Positions 48,501 to 60,191 of a stretch of DNA of 64,000 bases are shown piece by piece. Within the stretch, counting starts at the first letter, position 1, and each line of letters opens with the position of its first letter. A program made the position numbers and the translations under genes. The notes beneath the pieces were generated by a model. It made no database searches. It was not told the DNA's origin and saw nothing but the letters and a program-made list of their open reading frames with translations. This stretch comes from an uncultured Gemmatimonadales bacterium. GTDB taxonomy: Bacteria > Gemmatimonadota > Gemmatimonadetes > Gemmatimonadales > GWC2-71-9. Location: contig CAVUAK010000003.1 of the NCBI GenBank assembly GCA_963739455.1, positions 320,001-384,000 on the forward strand, given 5' to 3'.

Positions 48501-51380
48501 TGCTCCCCCACGACCTTCGCCAGCTTCTTCTTCGCGTCCGCCACCTGAGGCTGCAGGTCGGCATCGGCGTCGCGCCAGAGGTCGACGAACTTCTGGTAAT
48601 AGCTCGCGGCCTTGGTCGGGTCACCCTTCTCCTCGTACAACTCACCGAGTCGGCGGTACGTGGGCCCGAGGGACATTACATCTTCGTACGCCCTGTTTTC
48701 CTCGGCACTGGCCAGGTATCGCTCACTCCATGCGATCGCTGAATCCGGTTGCCCCGTCGCGTCGAAGGCCCTGCCTATGGCAGCGGTAAGACACGAGCGA
48801 CAACCCGACAGCCGCGGATCGATCTTCTGGTATTCCTTCAGCGCATCGGCTGGCCGCTTCTCTGCCATCGCGATCGTCGCGAGGATGTAGGTCCTGAACG
48901 GCACTGACGCACGAGCCTCGGTCGTATCCGCGGTGGCTGCCGACTCGGCCATCAACGCACGCGCCTTCGCTACATCGCCAAGCATGGCGTAGGTCCAGGC
49001 AAGCGTCAGGTAAGGCCGCTGATTCGCCGGGATGCCCGCAAGCGGCCGTGCCGCCAGGACGGAGTCGATGAGCCGCTTTCCGCGCGCGGGATCATTGCGG
49101 TAAACGGCGTCCTGTACCGCCAGGTCGCTGAAGGGGGAATACGCTTCTTCTGGCCGCCCCTCGCTGATGGCCAGGTCCACCACGTTTCGCGCGTCATTCG
49201 TCGCCTGATCCAGGCGCCCTTGCAGCGACGCGAGCGACTGGCCGGCGTACAGGCCAAAGCGGCGAAGCTCAGCCGGCACGTTCTGGTCCTGCAGGCCACG
49301 TGCGAGCTTTTCGGCGTCGGCGAAGTTGCCCTGCGCGTAGGCGATGTAGGGCGCGCTCAGCCGGAGACGCATATGCGCCGGGAATCGTGTTTCGGCGAAC
49401 GCTCTCAGCGCGGCGGCGCTATCCGTCTTGCCCGCGGCGATCAAGGCAAGAATGAGGTTGGAATAGCCCACGACACTCGAGTCGCGCGCGGTCAGCGCGC
49501 GGCCGTAGTACTCGAGCGCGCCGAGCGAGTCGCCCTGCTGCTGCAGCGCGACGGCGAGGTTGTTCGTGGCAACGACGTCCATGGAGTCGATGGCGAGCGC
49601 CGAACGCCACGCCGCCGCAGCCTTGTCGTTGTCCAGCCCAACGGTGCTGTAGTAGCTCCCTTCGGCCAGGTAGCGCTCCCGGTCCGGAAGGCGGTCCCGG
49701 AACTGGAACGCTCGCGTGAGCGGCTTCTTTGCTGCCTCGGAGTTGCCTTGGTTGGTGTACACCACTCCGAGCTTGCGCCAAGCCATGGCAAAGCCGGAAT
49801 CGATGGCGAGGGCGTCCGTGAGGAGCTGCTGCGCCTGGGGATAGTCACCCCGATCGGTGGCGGCCACAGCCTGCGAGTACTTCTGCAGCGCCACCAGGGA
49901 AGACGTCGTGACCGCCTCCATCGGCTGGCTCGCGCGCACCTTGCCCAGTGATTCTCCTATCCGGCGGCGCATCTGCTTGGTGACGGCGTCGAGGGCGCTC
50001 AGCAACTGGGTCGAATCCTTCGCGGTTTCGCGGAAGGCCGCGAGGTCGTCACCCGATTCCGGTTCCACCAGCCGGAGGGTGACGATCATCTGCCCTCCCA
50101 CCCGCTCGACTCGACCCGCGATGACGCCCTTCGCACCACTGCGCACTGCCACCTCGCGCGCCGGCGTGAAGCCGAGGGCGCGATCCTCTGGTTGCTGCAT
50201 CAGCCGGAGAGTCGACCGGATCTGTGAGGACGAGAGCAGTTGCAGCACGTCCGACTGCGAGAGGTCGACCCGCAGTGCCTCGGTCAGTGCACTGCCAAGT
50301 GCCGAGTCACCCGAGACATCCACGTCGGCCAATACGACCCGGTCACGCGAACCGAACTTGCCCTCCGACACGCAGTGTGCGCGTCGGGAGGAGACCCGCC
50401 GCACTCAAGCCGAGCACCAGCGCACCGAGTACGGCTGCGCCGATCAAGCCCATCTTGAGCCCGCTCATCCGCTTGGGGCGAAGGGCCATGGGCGGGGAGA
50501 TGAGTGTCCCGGGTGCTGGCGTCCCGACTTGCTCCAGCAGCCCGAGCAGTTCGGCCGCGGAGGGCCGGTCGCCAGGCTCCTTCGCGAGGAGGCGCTTCAC
50601 CAGCGGGGGCAGGGCGGGCGACAGGTCCTGCCGGATGGTGTCGAGCGCCGGTGCTTCACTGGTGAGCTGGGCCGCGAGGATTGCCCGCGGGGTGACGCCC
50701 TTGAACGGCGTCTGACCCGTCAGCATCTCGAAGCCGGTGACACCCAGCGCGTAGATGTCCGCCGCCGGTCCAACATCGGGATCGCCGGCGCCCTGTTCCG
50801 GCGCCATGTAGGCCGGCGTGCCGATCACGGTGCCGACGCTCGTGGCCGTGGCGTTCACGTCCATCGACGTGGCAGTGCTCAATGCCTTGGCCACGCCGAA
50901 GTCGGTGACGACGGCGTGACCATTGGAGAGCAGGATGTTGTCGGGCTTGATGTCGCGATGAACGATGTTCTGCCGATGGGCGTAGTTCAGGGCATCGGCC
51001 ACTTCCCGCATGACCCGCATCGCCTCGACCGAGGGCAGGGGACCCTTCGACAGCCGCGAACGCAGTGACTCGCCTTCCACGAAGGGCATCGTGAAGTAGA
51101 GCAGGGAGGTGTTCGAGCCCTCGAGCTTTACTTCACCGGCGGCCAGGAGCGGCACGATATGCGGGTGCTGCAGCCGCGCCGCCATCTGGATCTCGCGGCG
51201 GAATCGGTCGGCACTGATCCCCACGCCCAGTTCCGGCGACAGCAGCTTGATCACCACCCGGCGGCCCAGCGCCGTTTCCGTCGCCACGAAGACCCGGCTC
51301 ATCCCGCCGCCACCGAGCTCGCGCTCGATCCGGTAGGTGCCGCCTAGTGCTGCCTGCAGTTGCTCCTGGAGGTCACTCAC
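48497..51380 (-). CDS. Ser/Thr kinase - TM - TPR protein, copy 2 (frameshift ~50370)
   Basis: Same architecture: [26 protein letters not shown], TPRs; tandem paralog with overlapping stop/start. Confidence 0.88.
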
Positions 51381-51764
51381 TTCGGGAGCGTCACCGTGCA
51401 GGTGGTGTCGAACCCACCCCGCGTGTTGTAGACGGTCGTCACCGCCAGCTTCTGCGGCGCCAGCAGGCGGAAGAGGTCCTCAGCCAGCCTGGCGGTGGCG
51501 TGCTCCTGGAAGATGCCGACACTCCGGTAGCTCGTGATGTAGTACTTGAGGCTCTTGAGCTCGACGCAGCTATCGTGAAGGGACATAGCTGATGCGCAGC
51601 AGCGCGAAGTCCGGCAGTCCGCTGTAGGGGCAGACCGCGCTGAACTCGCGGGTTTCGGTGACGATTTCCTGGTCCGGCCCCTCATAGGGGAACGTCTCGA
51701 GGACGGCGACGTCGATCGCCTCGGGGCCGGTAAACGGGACGGTCCTGCCTTCGGCGATTGCCAT
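51377..51764 (-). CDS. queF: PreQ1 synthase, type I (frameshift ~51578)
   Basis: [20 protein letters not shown], then [19 protein letters not shown]. Confidence 0.9.
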
Positions 51765-51827
51765 TGGTGCATTCCGGTGGATGAGATCCGCCGGAATATA
51801 GTGTCACCGACCAGCGTTGCCGGGGGG

Positions 51828-53701
51828 TCAGGCCCCCCGGGTACCGACCATCCCCTGCTCGAGCCAGGTGTACCCGCCGTCGAGCACTTTCCTCGCGATG
51901 GCATACGTCGCCACGTCGTCGTTGCTCCACACCGCCGCAAACTTCTCGTCCACCCGCCGCCGGGCCTGCTGACAGAAGACGTCGGCCAGTTCCACGGCGT
52001 CTCCTGCCGACTTCCTGCCGCCTTGCCACTTCCTGCCGCGCGCGAGCACGTCGCCGCCATCGCAAACAGTTCCGCCCCGATCTCCACGATCCGCCCCAGC
52101 ACCGCCTGGCGCTTCTCCAGCCTCGGGCCGAACCGCACCATGCAGTGGAAGATCGTCCGCGCCAGCTTCCGGCTGCTTCGCTCCACGAAGCGCATGTGAG
52201 TGGCGAGTGTCCCGAACTCGCCGAAACCGAGGCGGCCACGAAGGCCGAGCCACAGCCGCGGGTACCAGGTGCCGTAGAACAGAGCGGACTTGAGCAGGGC
52301 GTTCAGCTTGGCCTTCATCGGCGCCTTCGGGTCGATCAGGGCGCCCGCGATCTTGAAGTGGGTGTCCACCGCCTCGCGGGCGATGAACAGCCGCATGATC
52401 TCGCTCGATCCCTCGAAGATCAGGTTGATGCGGAAGTCGCGCATCATCCGCTCCACCGGGTCGGGCTTCTCGCCTCGCGACCGCAGGCTGTCCGCCGTTT
52501 CGTAGCCGCGCCCGCCCTTGATCTGCAGGGTGTCGTCCACGATCCGCCAGCCGATCTCGGTGTTCCACATCTTGGCGAGCGCCGCCTCGAGGCGAATGTC
52601 CACCTTGCCCTCGTCGGCCATGAGTGACGCGAGGTCGCTCACCGCCTCCATGGCGTACGTCTCCGCGGCCATGCGCCCGATCTTCTGGGCAATCGCATCG
52701 TGCTTGCCGACCGGCTGGCCCCACTGCACCCGCGTCGACGCCCATTCGCGGCAGATCTGCAGCGCGCGCTTGGCGCCGGCCACCGAGGATGCCGGCAACG
52801 TGAGCCGGCCGGTGTTGAGGGTCACCAGCGCCAGCTTGAGGCCGCGTCCCTCACCCCAGAGGACATTTTCCCGGGGCACCTTCACGTTCGTGAACCGGAT
52901 GATCCCGTTTTCGATCCCCTTGAGCCCCATGAAGTGGAGCCGCTGCACCACCTCGACGCCGGCCCAGTCCACCTCGACAATGAACGCGGTGATCTTCTTG
53001 GGGCCGGTGCGCGCCATGACCACCATCAGCTCCGCCACCGTGCCGTTGGTGCACCAGAGCTTCTCGCCATTCAGGATCCAGTGCGACCCGTCATCCGAGA
53101 GCGTGGCTGTGGTGCTCATTGCCGCCGGGTCCGAGCCGACGTTCGACTCGGTGAGCGCAAACGCAGAAATGGCGCCCTTGGCCAGGCGGGGCAGGTACTT
53201 CTTCTTCTGCTCCGGCGTGCCGAACAGCTTGAGCGGCTGCGGCACGCCGATCGACTGTGCCGCCGACAGTAGCGCCGTGAGGCTTCCGTCCACGCTCGTC
53301 ACCAGGCCGATCGCATGAGTGTAGCTCGTCTGGCTCAGGCCCAGGCCGCCGTACTCCTCCGGGATCTTGATGCCGAACGCGCCGAGTTCACGCAGGCCCT
53401 GGATCACTTCGGCGGGGATCTTTCCCTCACGGTCGATCTTGTCACTGTCCACCCGCTCGTCCAGGAATCGCTCGAGGCGGTCCATGAACGGGCGCGCCTT
53501 GGCAATCTCCTCTGCCGATTGGACCGGGTATGGATGAATCAGGTCGAGCTGCAGCTTTCCCTCGAACAGCTGTCGCACGAAGCTCGGCTTCTCCCATTCC
53601 TTCTCCCGCGCTGCTTCGGCGACTTCACGGGCTTCCTGTTCGCTGGCCAGCGGCGCGCGCGTGACCGGCCTCGCAGGAGCCTCGGGAACGACGCTTGTCA
53701 T
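51828..53701 (-). CDS. Acyl-CoA dehydrogenase (VLCAD/FadE-like; frameshift ~52020)
   Basis: [59 protein letters not shown]. Confidence 0.9.
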
Positions 53702-54363
53702 GATGCCTCGGAGGTGGAAATCGGGGTCAGGCGTCCGTGCATGCCGTGCAGCACCAGGTCGATGATGTGCTGGCGACGACTGCTGATGAACGCCGGGTCG
53801 TCGGGGTGGCCGCCCAGGCCAGGCAGGAGGGTGCGGGCGTGAATCAGGGGGAACCAGCAGAGCGCCAGAATGGAAAGAACGAGTTGCTCCGCCTCGCGAC
53901 GGTCCTCCACGCCGAAACCGAGTTCGTCCGCGATGGCGGCGACGGCTTCATGAATGGCACCGAGGTGCGGGCCGCGTTCACCAAGATGGCCACCACCCTG
54001 CAATGCTTCCCACTCGAGCAGGCGCACGAAGTACGGATGCCCTGTGATGAAGTCGAAGTACTCGCCCACCGCGCCCGCAAGGACAACCTCCGGCGGCTCG
54101 CCGCTCCGGAGTGCGCGCTCGCGCCCGCTCTTGACCGCGCCGCGCACCTGCTCGAACGAACGCTCGAGCACCGCGCGATAGAGCTCTGCCTTGCTGCGGA
54201 AGAAGTACGACGGCGTGCCCCGGGACACCCCGGCGGCCGCGCCAACCTGCTGCAGGCTCGTGCCCTCATAGCCCCGGGATGCGAACAGCCGTTCAGCGGC
54301 GTCGAGAATGGCTTCGCGACTTCTCGTCGCGTCCCGGCGGCGATCGGGCGACAGGGCTCCCAC
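53698..54363 (-). CDS. TetR/AcrR family regulator
   Basis: [40 protein letters not shown]; stop overlaps the ACAD start. Confidence 0.9.
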   Translation of the reverse strand: MGALSPDRRRDATRSREAILDAAERLFASRGYEGTSLQQVGAAAGVSRGTPSYFFRSKAELYRAVLERSFEQVRGAVKSGRERALRSGEPPEVVLAGAVGEYFDFITGHPYFVRLLEWEALQGGGHLGERGPHLGAIHEAVAAIADELGFGVEDRREAEQLVLSILALCWFPLIHARTLLPGLGGHPDDPAFISSRRQHIIDLVLHGMHGRLTPISTSEAS

Positions 54364-54544
54364 AGGTCTCCAGTTGTTGCTTGTTAACCAGCAAGTTATG
54401 TTGTTGCTGCTCAGACTGCAAGCCCGATCCGGGGCCTGCTCAATGCGGTATCACGACTGGCGACACTTTGGCCCTGTGATGGCTGGCTCGGCCAATGTAT
54501 TGTCAATCAACGACATCAGTGTCCCTGAACCGTGGAAGCGGTGC

Positions 54545-56197
54545 ATGAAGGTGTGGCGACAGCGCGGCCTTGAAGGTCAATCCCTGCGGCGTGTATTCCA
54601 CGCGGCATCGCTCGGCGTGGTCATTGCCATCGCCGGCTGCGGTGGCGGGGAAGGCCCACCCGACGTGACCCTTCAATCCATTGAGCTCACGCCGGCGTCG
54701 GCCACATTGCAGGCAGGCGCCACTCAGGCATTTACCGCCACCGGACATTTCAGTGACGGCAGCAGCGCGGCTGTCGCGGTCACGTGGGCTGCCACGGGCG
54801 GCACCATTTCTTCAACCGGCCTGTACACGGCGGGCCTGGTTGCCGGCAATTACCAGGTGGTGGCGACAGAGCAGGGCGGCACGGTCAGCAAGGGCGGCGC
54901 GGTGACGGTGACCGCTGCCCAGCCGGTGCTCACGAGCATTTCGGTTGCACCGTCGACCATTGCGCTTGGCCCATCGGCGACCCAGCAGTTCACCGCCACG
55001 GGCCACTTCAGTGGCGGCGGCACCGGTAGCGTCGCCGTCAACTGGACCGCAACCGGCGGCACGATCACTTCCACTGGCCTCTATACGGCAGGCTCCACCG
55101 TGGGCCCCTATGTCGTAACGGCCACGCTCGTGGGCGGGTCAACCGCCGGCACGGCCGCGGTCACCATCACTCAGTCGCCTCCGACACTGACGAGCATCAC
55201 GGTGGCACCGGCCACTGTCGTCCTTGCGCCAGGCATCGCGCAGCAATTCACCGCTACTGCGCACTACAGCGACGCGAGTACCGCAACCATTCCGGTGGAT
55301 TGGACAGCGACCGGCGGCACGATTGACGCGGCGGGCCTCTACACGCCAGGCGCAACCGATGGGCCCTATCTGGTTTCGGCCACTGCGACAGGTACTTATA
55401 TCACCGGTACCGCCAATGTGACGATCACCACGGCACCGCCGAACATTGTGGCTATCGAGGTGTCGCCTGCCGGCGTGCGCATCAAGCCTGGCGATCCCGC
55501 TGCACAGTTTACGGCGGTTGGGCGACTCGGCACGGGTGGCACCGTGCCGGTCGCGGTGAACTGGACCGTCACGAGCGCTTCACCGCCAGCACAATGCTGC
55601 AATACGATCGCCGCTGACGGACGCCTCACGGCGGGGGGTTCGGTGGGGACGTACGTCGTCACTGCAACCCAACAGGCCGGTACGCTGTCGGGCACCATGC
55701 CTTTCAACGTGCACCAGACCGGTGGAAACTCTGTGGTGGGCCCGAACTTCTGGACCCCGACCGCAGGGATTGTCTACCTCTGCACCAGCAATCACTTCAC
55801 CGACGACGCCCTCACCAATGGTGCGGTAGCGACCATCACGGCGCCAACTGGCGTTCAGGTTCCAACCGTCACTTATACCAATGATCACGCGCCGGTACTG
55901 TACCCGAGTGGCGACGGTGAGGTCGCGGTCGTCTGTCAGCAGGTCTGGAGTGCCCCGCTCGGGCTGGTCGGTTCCGTGAATGTCACGATTTCCGTGGCGT
56001 CCAATCGCCCGGGAACCGGCATGGCGAAGGTCTTCAGCTACGAGACCTCGCGGGTCCCCCCACCGCAAGGTCGGGCAGACTTCAGCCAGATACTCGACTA
56101 CTCGCCGGCCATGACCGCGAATCCGGTCGCCATGACGGTTGTCGTAAGCGCCACCGCCGGCGCCAACATCTGGTTCAAGAACACCGACAAGCCGTAG
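54545..56197 (+). CDS. Lipoprotein with four tandem Big_2-like Ig domains
   Basis: Lipobox IAGC; repeats of SIxVxP..QQFTATxHFS..VxWTATGGTI..GLYT; unrecognised C-terminal domain. Start approximate. Confidence 0.8.
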   Translation: MKVWRQRGLEGQSLRRVFHAASLGVVIAIAGCGGGEGPPDVTLQSIELTPASATLQAGATQAFTATGHFSDGSSAAVAVTWAATGGTISSTGLYTAGLVAGNYQVVATEQGGTVSKGGAVTVTAAQPVLTSISVAPSTIALGPSATQQFTATGHFSGGGTGSVAVNWTATGGTITSTGLYTAGSTVGPYVVTATLVGGSTAGTAAVTITQSPPTLTSITVAPATVVLAPGIAQQFTATAHYSDASTATIPVDWTATGGTIDAAGLYTPGATDGPYLVSATATGTYITGTANVTITTAPPNIVAIEVSPAGVRIKPGDPAAQFTAVGRLGTGGTVPVAVNWTVTSASPPAQCCNTIAADGRLTAGGSVGTYVVTATQQAGTLSGTMPFNVHQTGGNSVVGPNFWTPTAGIVYLCTSNHFTDDALTNGAVATITAPTGVQVPTVTYTNDHAPVLYPSGDGEVAVVCQQVWSAPLGLVGSVNVTISVASNRPGTGMAKVFSYETSRVPPPQGRADFSQILDYSPAMTANPVAMTVVVSATAGANIWFKNTDKP

Positions 56198-56317
56198 CCT
56201 CGGGCAATTCGCCCCGCGCCTCCCCGGCGCGGCAGTCCTAAGGTCAAGCGGCACAACACCCTTCACATCGGCATCATCCCTGCACCCGGAAGACATTTTC
56301 CCTTCCGGAGTCGCGTC

Positions 56318-57430
56318 ATGCCAAGAGTTGCGCGTTGGGCCATCTGGGCGCTCCTGCTCGGCGCCTGCAGTGGAAGCGATACCACCGATCCACTTTCGCC
56401 GCAGCTGTGGTCAAGTGCCCAGCCATCCGCCACTGCCGGCAGCGAGTCCATTCGCCTGCACGTGATTCTCGCGCGCGCCGGTGAGGTGTCGTACGCCGTC
56501 TATTCCACACCGCAGTCGAGCCTCACCGCAGCGCAGGTGCGTGAAGATGCCGATGGTCTCGGGGGTCGCGCGCCAGTGCGCGCCGGAAAGAAGGTGATTG
56601 CGCAGGCCCTGGTAGAGGACACCGTCGCCGTGCTCCTGGAGGGATTGACCCCTGCGCAGGCGTATTACGTCTATCTCGCGGGCACGCCCGCTTCCGCCGA
56701 TCCCGCGCCATCCGATATCGAGGAAGTCAGGACACTGAGCACCACGCTGGCCGAGCGCCAGCCGGCGACATCGCTGCAGAGCACGACGGTGAGCGGGGCG
56801 GTAGGCTACTACGCTTACCTGCCCGAGGATCACTACCTCCGCCCAAATGAGAAACTTCCCCTGCTCATCTTCCTCCACGGCTCCGGAGAGAAGGGCAACG
56901 GCACCACCGAACTCACCCGTGTCCTGGTGCATGGGCCACCCAAGCTGATCAAGGCCGGTCGCGACCTGCCGTTCATTGTCATCTCGCCCCAGCTCCCGTC
57001 GGCACAGGGTGGATGGCCCACCGGGCTCGTGGACGAGCTCATCAACAAGGCCATTACTGACTATCACGTGGACACCACCCGGATTTACGTCACCGGGTTG
57101 AGCATGGGGGGCTACGGCACCTGGGCTTACGCCGTCGCGAAGCCGGGCCGGCTCGCCGCCATCGTGGCGATTGCCGGGGCCGGTAACACTGGGCAGGCGT
57201 GCAACATGAAGAGCGTCCCCGCGTGGGCATTTCACGGGGACGCTGATGGCACGGTGAACGTATCGGGATCGGTGAACATGGTGAACGCGATCAACGCATG
57301 CTCACCGCCACCGTCGGTGCTGGCACAGCTGACCATCTATCCGGGAGTGGGCCACGATTCCTGGACCCGCACCTATGACGGCACGGCGGGACATGACATC
57401 TACACATGGATGCTGCAGTACCACCGTTAG
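56318..57430 (+). CDS. Lipoprotein alpha/beta hydrolase (esterase/peptidase) with N-terminal Fn3-like segment
   Basis: Lipobox LGAC, FLHGSGE, GLSMGG, FHGDAD, GHDSW catalytic triad. Confidence 0.85.
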   Translation: MPRVARWAIWALLLGACSGSDTTDPLSPQLWSSAQPSATAGSESIRLHVILARAGEVSYAVYSTPQSSLTAAQVREDADGLGGRAPVRAGKKVIAQALVEDTVAVLLEGLTPAQAYYVYLAGTPASADPAPSDIEEVRTLSTTLAERQPATSLQSTTVSGAVGYYAYLPEDHYLRPNEKLPLLIFLHGSGEKGNGTTELTRVLVHGPPKLIKAGRDLPFIVISPQLPSAQGGWPTGLVDELINKAITDYHVDTTRIYVTGLSMGGYGTWAYAVAKPGRLAAIVAIAGAGNTGQACNMKSVPAWAFHGDADGTVNVSGSVNMVNAINACSPPPSVLAQLTIYPGVGHDSWTRTYDGTAGHDIYTWMLQYHR

Positions 57431-57439
57431 GCGAGCGGG

Positions 57440-57847
57440 CTACCGGCGCGCGGGAGGGAGGGCGGGGCGAAACTTGTAGCCGTACACGATGACGCCGTCT
57501 TCACTGTCCTCGCGCACCCGGCGGGTTACCATCTCCACCCGCAGGCCGATGGCGACGTCGTCGTGGCCCACGTCGGTCAATTGTGCCGCAATGAGGGGAC
57601 CCTCGTCCAGGCGCACGAGTGCCACCGGATACGGCGCGAACTCCTCGTGCCCCGCCGGGGGGTGGTACACGAAGGAATAGGAGTAGACCTCGCCCCCGCC
57701 GCAGAACCGGTGCGGTCGCATCGACGAGACCCCGCACTCCGTGCACACGGAGCGCGGTGGGAACATCCGATGGTCGCACGCCGTGCACTGTACGCCCTCG
57801 AGGAGGTATCGCTGCGCCTGCTGGCGCCAGTTGTGCGGGGCGCTCAT
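57440..57847 (-). CDS. DUF35 Zn-ribbon/OB-fold protein
   Basis: CTAC..FPPRSVCTEC, G.VYSYS, PYPVALVRLDEG, AQLTD, GVIVYGYKFRP. Confidence 0.92.
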   Translation of the reverse strand: MSAPHNWRQQAQRYLLEGVQCTACDHRMFPPRSVCTECGVSSMRPHRFCGGGEVYSYSFVYHPPAGHEEFAPYPVALVRLDEGPLIAAQLTDVGHDDVAIGLRVEMVTRRVREDSEDGVIVYGYKFRPALPPARR

Positions 57848-59004
57848 GCCATCGCCTCGAGGATGGTCGTCACCACCGTCGCACCGCTGCCCCCGATGTT
57901 CTGTGTCATGCCGAGGGTTGCGCCGGGTACCTGGTTCACTCCCGCCTCGCCGCGCAGTTGCAGGACAGCCTCCACCAGCTGGTACATCCCGGTGGCGCCA
58001 ACCGGGTGCCCTCGGGCCTTGAGGCCACCCATCGTGGTGATGGGGATGCTTCCCTTGAGCCCGATCTCGCCGTCCAGGCCAAGCCGCACGCCCTCGCCTC
58101 TCACGGCAAAGCCCGACGCCTCGAGTGACAGCACCGACATGATCGTGAATGCGTCGTGCAGCTCGAAGAAGTCGATGTCCGCCGGCTTCACCCCGGCCTG
58201 TTCGTAGGCCCGGGCCGCACTCGTCGCGGCACCGCGCAACTCGAGGATGTCGCGCCGGTCATGAAGGGCAATCGTGTCGGTGCCGATTGCCGATGCTCGT
58301 ACCCGCACCGCCCGGCGGCCCATCGCGCGCGCCGTCGTCTCGCTGGTGAGGATGATTGCGGCTGCTCCATCGCACACCGGTGAACTGTCCAGCAGGCTCA
58401 CCGGGTCAGCGATCATCTTGGCGCGGCTGAAGTCGTCGGCGCTGATGGTGAAGGGGAACATCGCGTGATCGTTGCCCACTGCGTTCTGATGCGCATTGAT
58501 GCAGAAGGGAGCGAACTGCTCTCGAGTCACCTGGTGCTCGTGCATGTACCGGCGCATGAGGAGCGCGTTGAGCGCCACGAAGGAAAGCCCCTGCCGCGCC
58601 TCGTAGTCGCCGTCAGCCGCCATGGCGAGCGAGGCCGTCACCTCGCTTCCCGGGCGATCCGTCATTTTCTCGACACCGACCACCGCCACGACATCTGCCG
58701 CACCGCTGGCAATTGCCATGCATCCGAGCCGGAGCGCCGCGGCCCCCGATCCGCAAGCCGCCTCGACACGCACCGCCTCGATACCCTGCAGCCCTGCGAA
58801 GTCGGCGATGAGCGCGCCGAGATGCTCCTGCCCGGTCAGCTCACCCGCCATCATGTTGCCGACGAACAGGCTGGTGACCCGGGGGGAACCCGCGTCATGA
58901 ATCGCGGCCAGCAGTGCCTCGACCGCCAGGTCGCGGAGCGAGCGATCCCAGTGCTCGCCTACGGCCGTCTGGCCTGCCCCGATTATCGCGACGCCCGGGT
59001 TCAT
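57844..59004 (-). CDS. Acetoacetyl-CoA thiolase, archaeal/SCP2-like type
   Basis: [41 protein letters not shown]. Confidence 0.92.
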   Translation of the reverse strand: MNPGVAIIGAGQTAVGEHWDRSLRDLAVEALLAAIHDAGSPRVTSLFVGNMMAGELTGQEHLGALIADFAGLQGIEAVRVEAACGSGAAALRLGCMAIASGAADVVAVVGVEKMTDRPGSEVTASLAMAADGDYEARQGLSFVALNALLMRRYMHEHQVTREQFAPFCINAHQNAVGNDHAMFPFTISADDFSRAKMIADPVSLLDSSPVCDGAAAIILTSETTARAMGRRAVRVRASAIGTDTIALHDRRDILELRGAATSAARAYEQAGVKPADIDFFELHDAFTIMSVLSLEASGFAVRGEGVRLGLDGEIGLKGSIPITTMGGLKARGHPVGATGMYQLVEAVLQLRGEAGVNQVPGATLGMTQNIGGSGATVVTTILEAMA

Positions 59005-60059
59005 TGGGCGAGCTGCCGGCGGAAGCGGGTGTACGTCGCGTAGTCGATTGGGACACGCCGCTCGATGTACTGGCGCGTCGTGGCCGCGGCATACTGTCGC
59101 TCGGTGATCCGTTCGGTGACGCGGAAGCTGAATGCGTCGCTGCCGGCGCCGCTCCCAAACGAGACGGCGAGGATGCGCTCACCCGGGGTGGCCTGGTCGA
59201 GGATCGCCGTGAGCCCGAGCATCGTCGCACCGGCGTACGTGTTCCCGATATCGTTACTGAGGAGACCGCGCGAGACCTGTTCCTTCGTGAAGCCGAGGTC
59301 GGTCGCCGCCTTGGTCGGGAACTTCTTGTTGGGCTGGTGCAGGACCACATGCGCGTAGTCGCGCGCCGTAGTGCCCAGTGCCCCAAACAGTTCCTCGGCG
59401 GCATGGGCCACGTGCTTGAAGTACCCTGGCTCGCCGGTGAAGCGACTGCCGTGTTGCGGATACCGTTCATGCTGCCGGCGCCAGAAGTCGGGTGTGTCGG
59501 TCACGAACGAGACCGAACCCTCGAAGACCGCGACCGATTCTTCAGCCGGTCCCACGATGATCGCCGCCCCGCCCGCCCCCGCCGTGTACTCCAGGGCATC
59601 ACCGGGTCGCGCTTGCGCGATGTCCATCCCGATCGCGAGCGCATAGTCGGACATGCCGGAGCCGGTCAGCGCGATGGCGGCCTGGAGTGCCTCGGTTCCT
59701 GCCTTGCACGCGAACTGCCAGTCGGCCGCCAGCGTGTACTCCGACACGCCAAGTGCCTCGGCCACGATCGTGCCCGTGGGCTTCACGGCGTAGGGGTGGC
59801 TCTCGCTTCCCACCCACACCGCACCGATGAGGGACGGATCGATCCCGGCGCGACGCACTGCGTTGCGGCCAGCCTCGATGGACATCGTCGCCACATCCTC
59901 GTCCAGCCCCGGCACGGACTTCTCCCGGATCGGGAGCGCCGCCTCGCCACCGTCCCAGATGCGCCCCACCTCGCTCGCCGGGAGGCGATAGCGCGGCACA
60001 TAGGCGCCGTAGCCGGCGATGCCGACTTCACGTGCTGGCTTCATCAGGTGTGATTGCAT
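59001..60059 (-). CDS. Hydroxymethylglutaryl-CoA synthase, archaeal type
   Basis: [72 protein letters not shown]. Start at 60059 or 60044. Confidence 0.92.
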   Translation of the reverse strand: MQSHLMKPAREVGIAGYGAYVPRYRLPASEVGRIWDGGEAALPIREKSVPGLDEDVATMSIEAGRNAVRRAGIDPSLIGAVWVGSESHPYAVKPTGTIVAEALGVSEYTLAADWQFACKAGTEALQAAIALTGSGMSDYALAIGMDIAQARPGDALEYTAGAGGAAIIVGPAEESVAVFEGSVSFVTDTPDFWRRQHERYPQHGSRFTGEPGYFKHVAHAAEELFGALGTTARDYAHVVLHQPNKKFPTKAATDLGFTKEQVSRGLLSNDIGNTYAGATMLGLTAILDQATPGERILAVSFGSGAGSDAFSFRVTERITERQYAAATTRQYIERRVPIDYATYTRFRRQLAQ

Positions 60060-60168
60060 CGTGATGGGCTGGTCCGGTCCAGGGGAAACCGGCAGCGTGT
60101 TGCGGGCCTCCAACAATGAGAACCACAGTTCCCCTGTTGGACGCTCGAAACCACTGCTCCGGCCCCTG

Positions 60169-60191
60169 ACATGGCAGGCACCATGCCATGT
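60169..60191. promoter_or_regulatory. Perfect palindrome upstream of HMG-CoA synthase (operator or sigma54-like element)
   Basis: ACATGGCA-ggcacca-TGCCATGT; the - strand reads TGGCATGGTGCCTGC (GG-N10-GC). Confidence 0.35.

Noticed and set aside
52001..52040. Programmed frameshift at CTTCCTGCC repeats in ACAD
   Set aside because: No slippery heptamer; a sequencing artefact in a short local repeat is the simpler explanation given the window-wide indels.
51377..53701. 774-aa acyl-CoA dehydrogenase-QueF fusion in the ORF track
   Set aside because: Produced by two separate frameshifts; ACAD ends at 51828 and queF has its own ATG at 51764.
54660..55700. CRISPR array or mobile repeat
   Set aside because: Repeats are ~250-bp in-frame Ig-domain coding units, with no constant repeat/spacer pattern and no cas genes.
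57440..60059. phlACB (2,4-diacetylphloroglucinol) cluster
   Set aside because: No type III PKS (phlD) in the window, and the HMGCS retains its catalytic Cys/His/Glu motifs; not preferred, though phylogeny is needed to exclude it.
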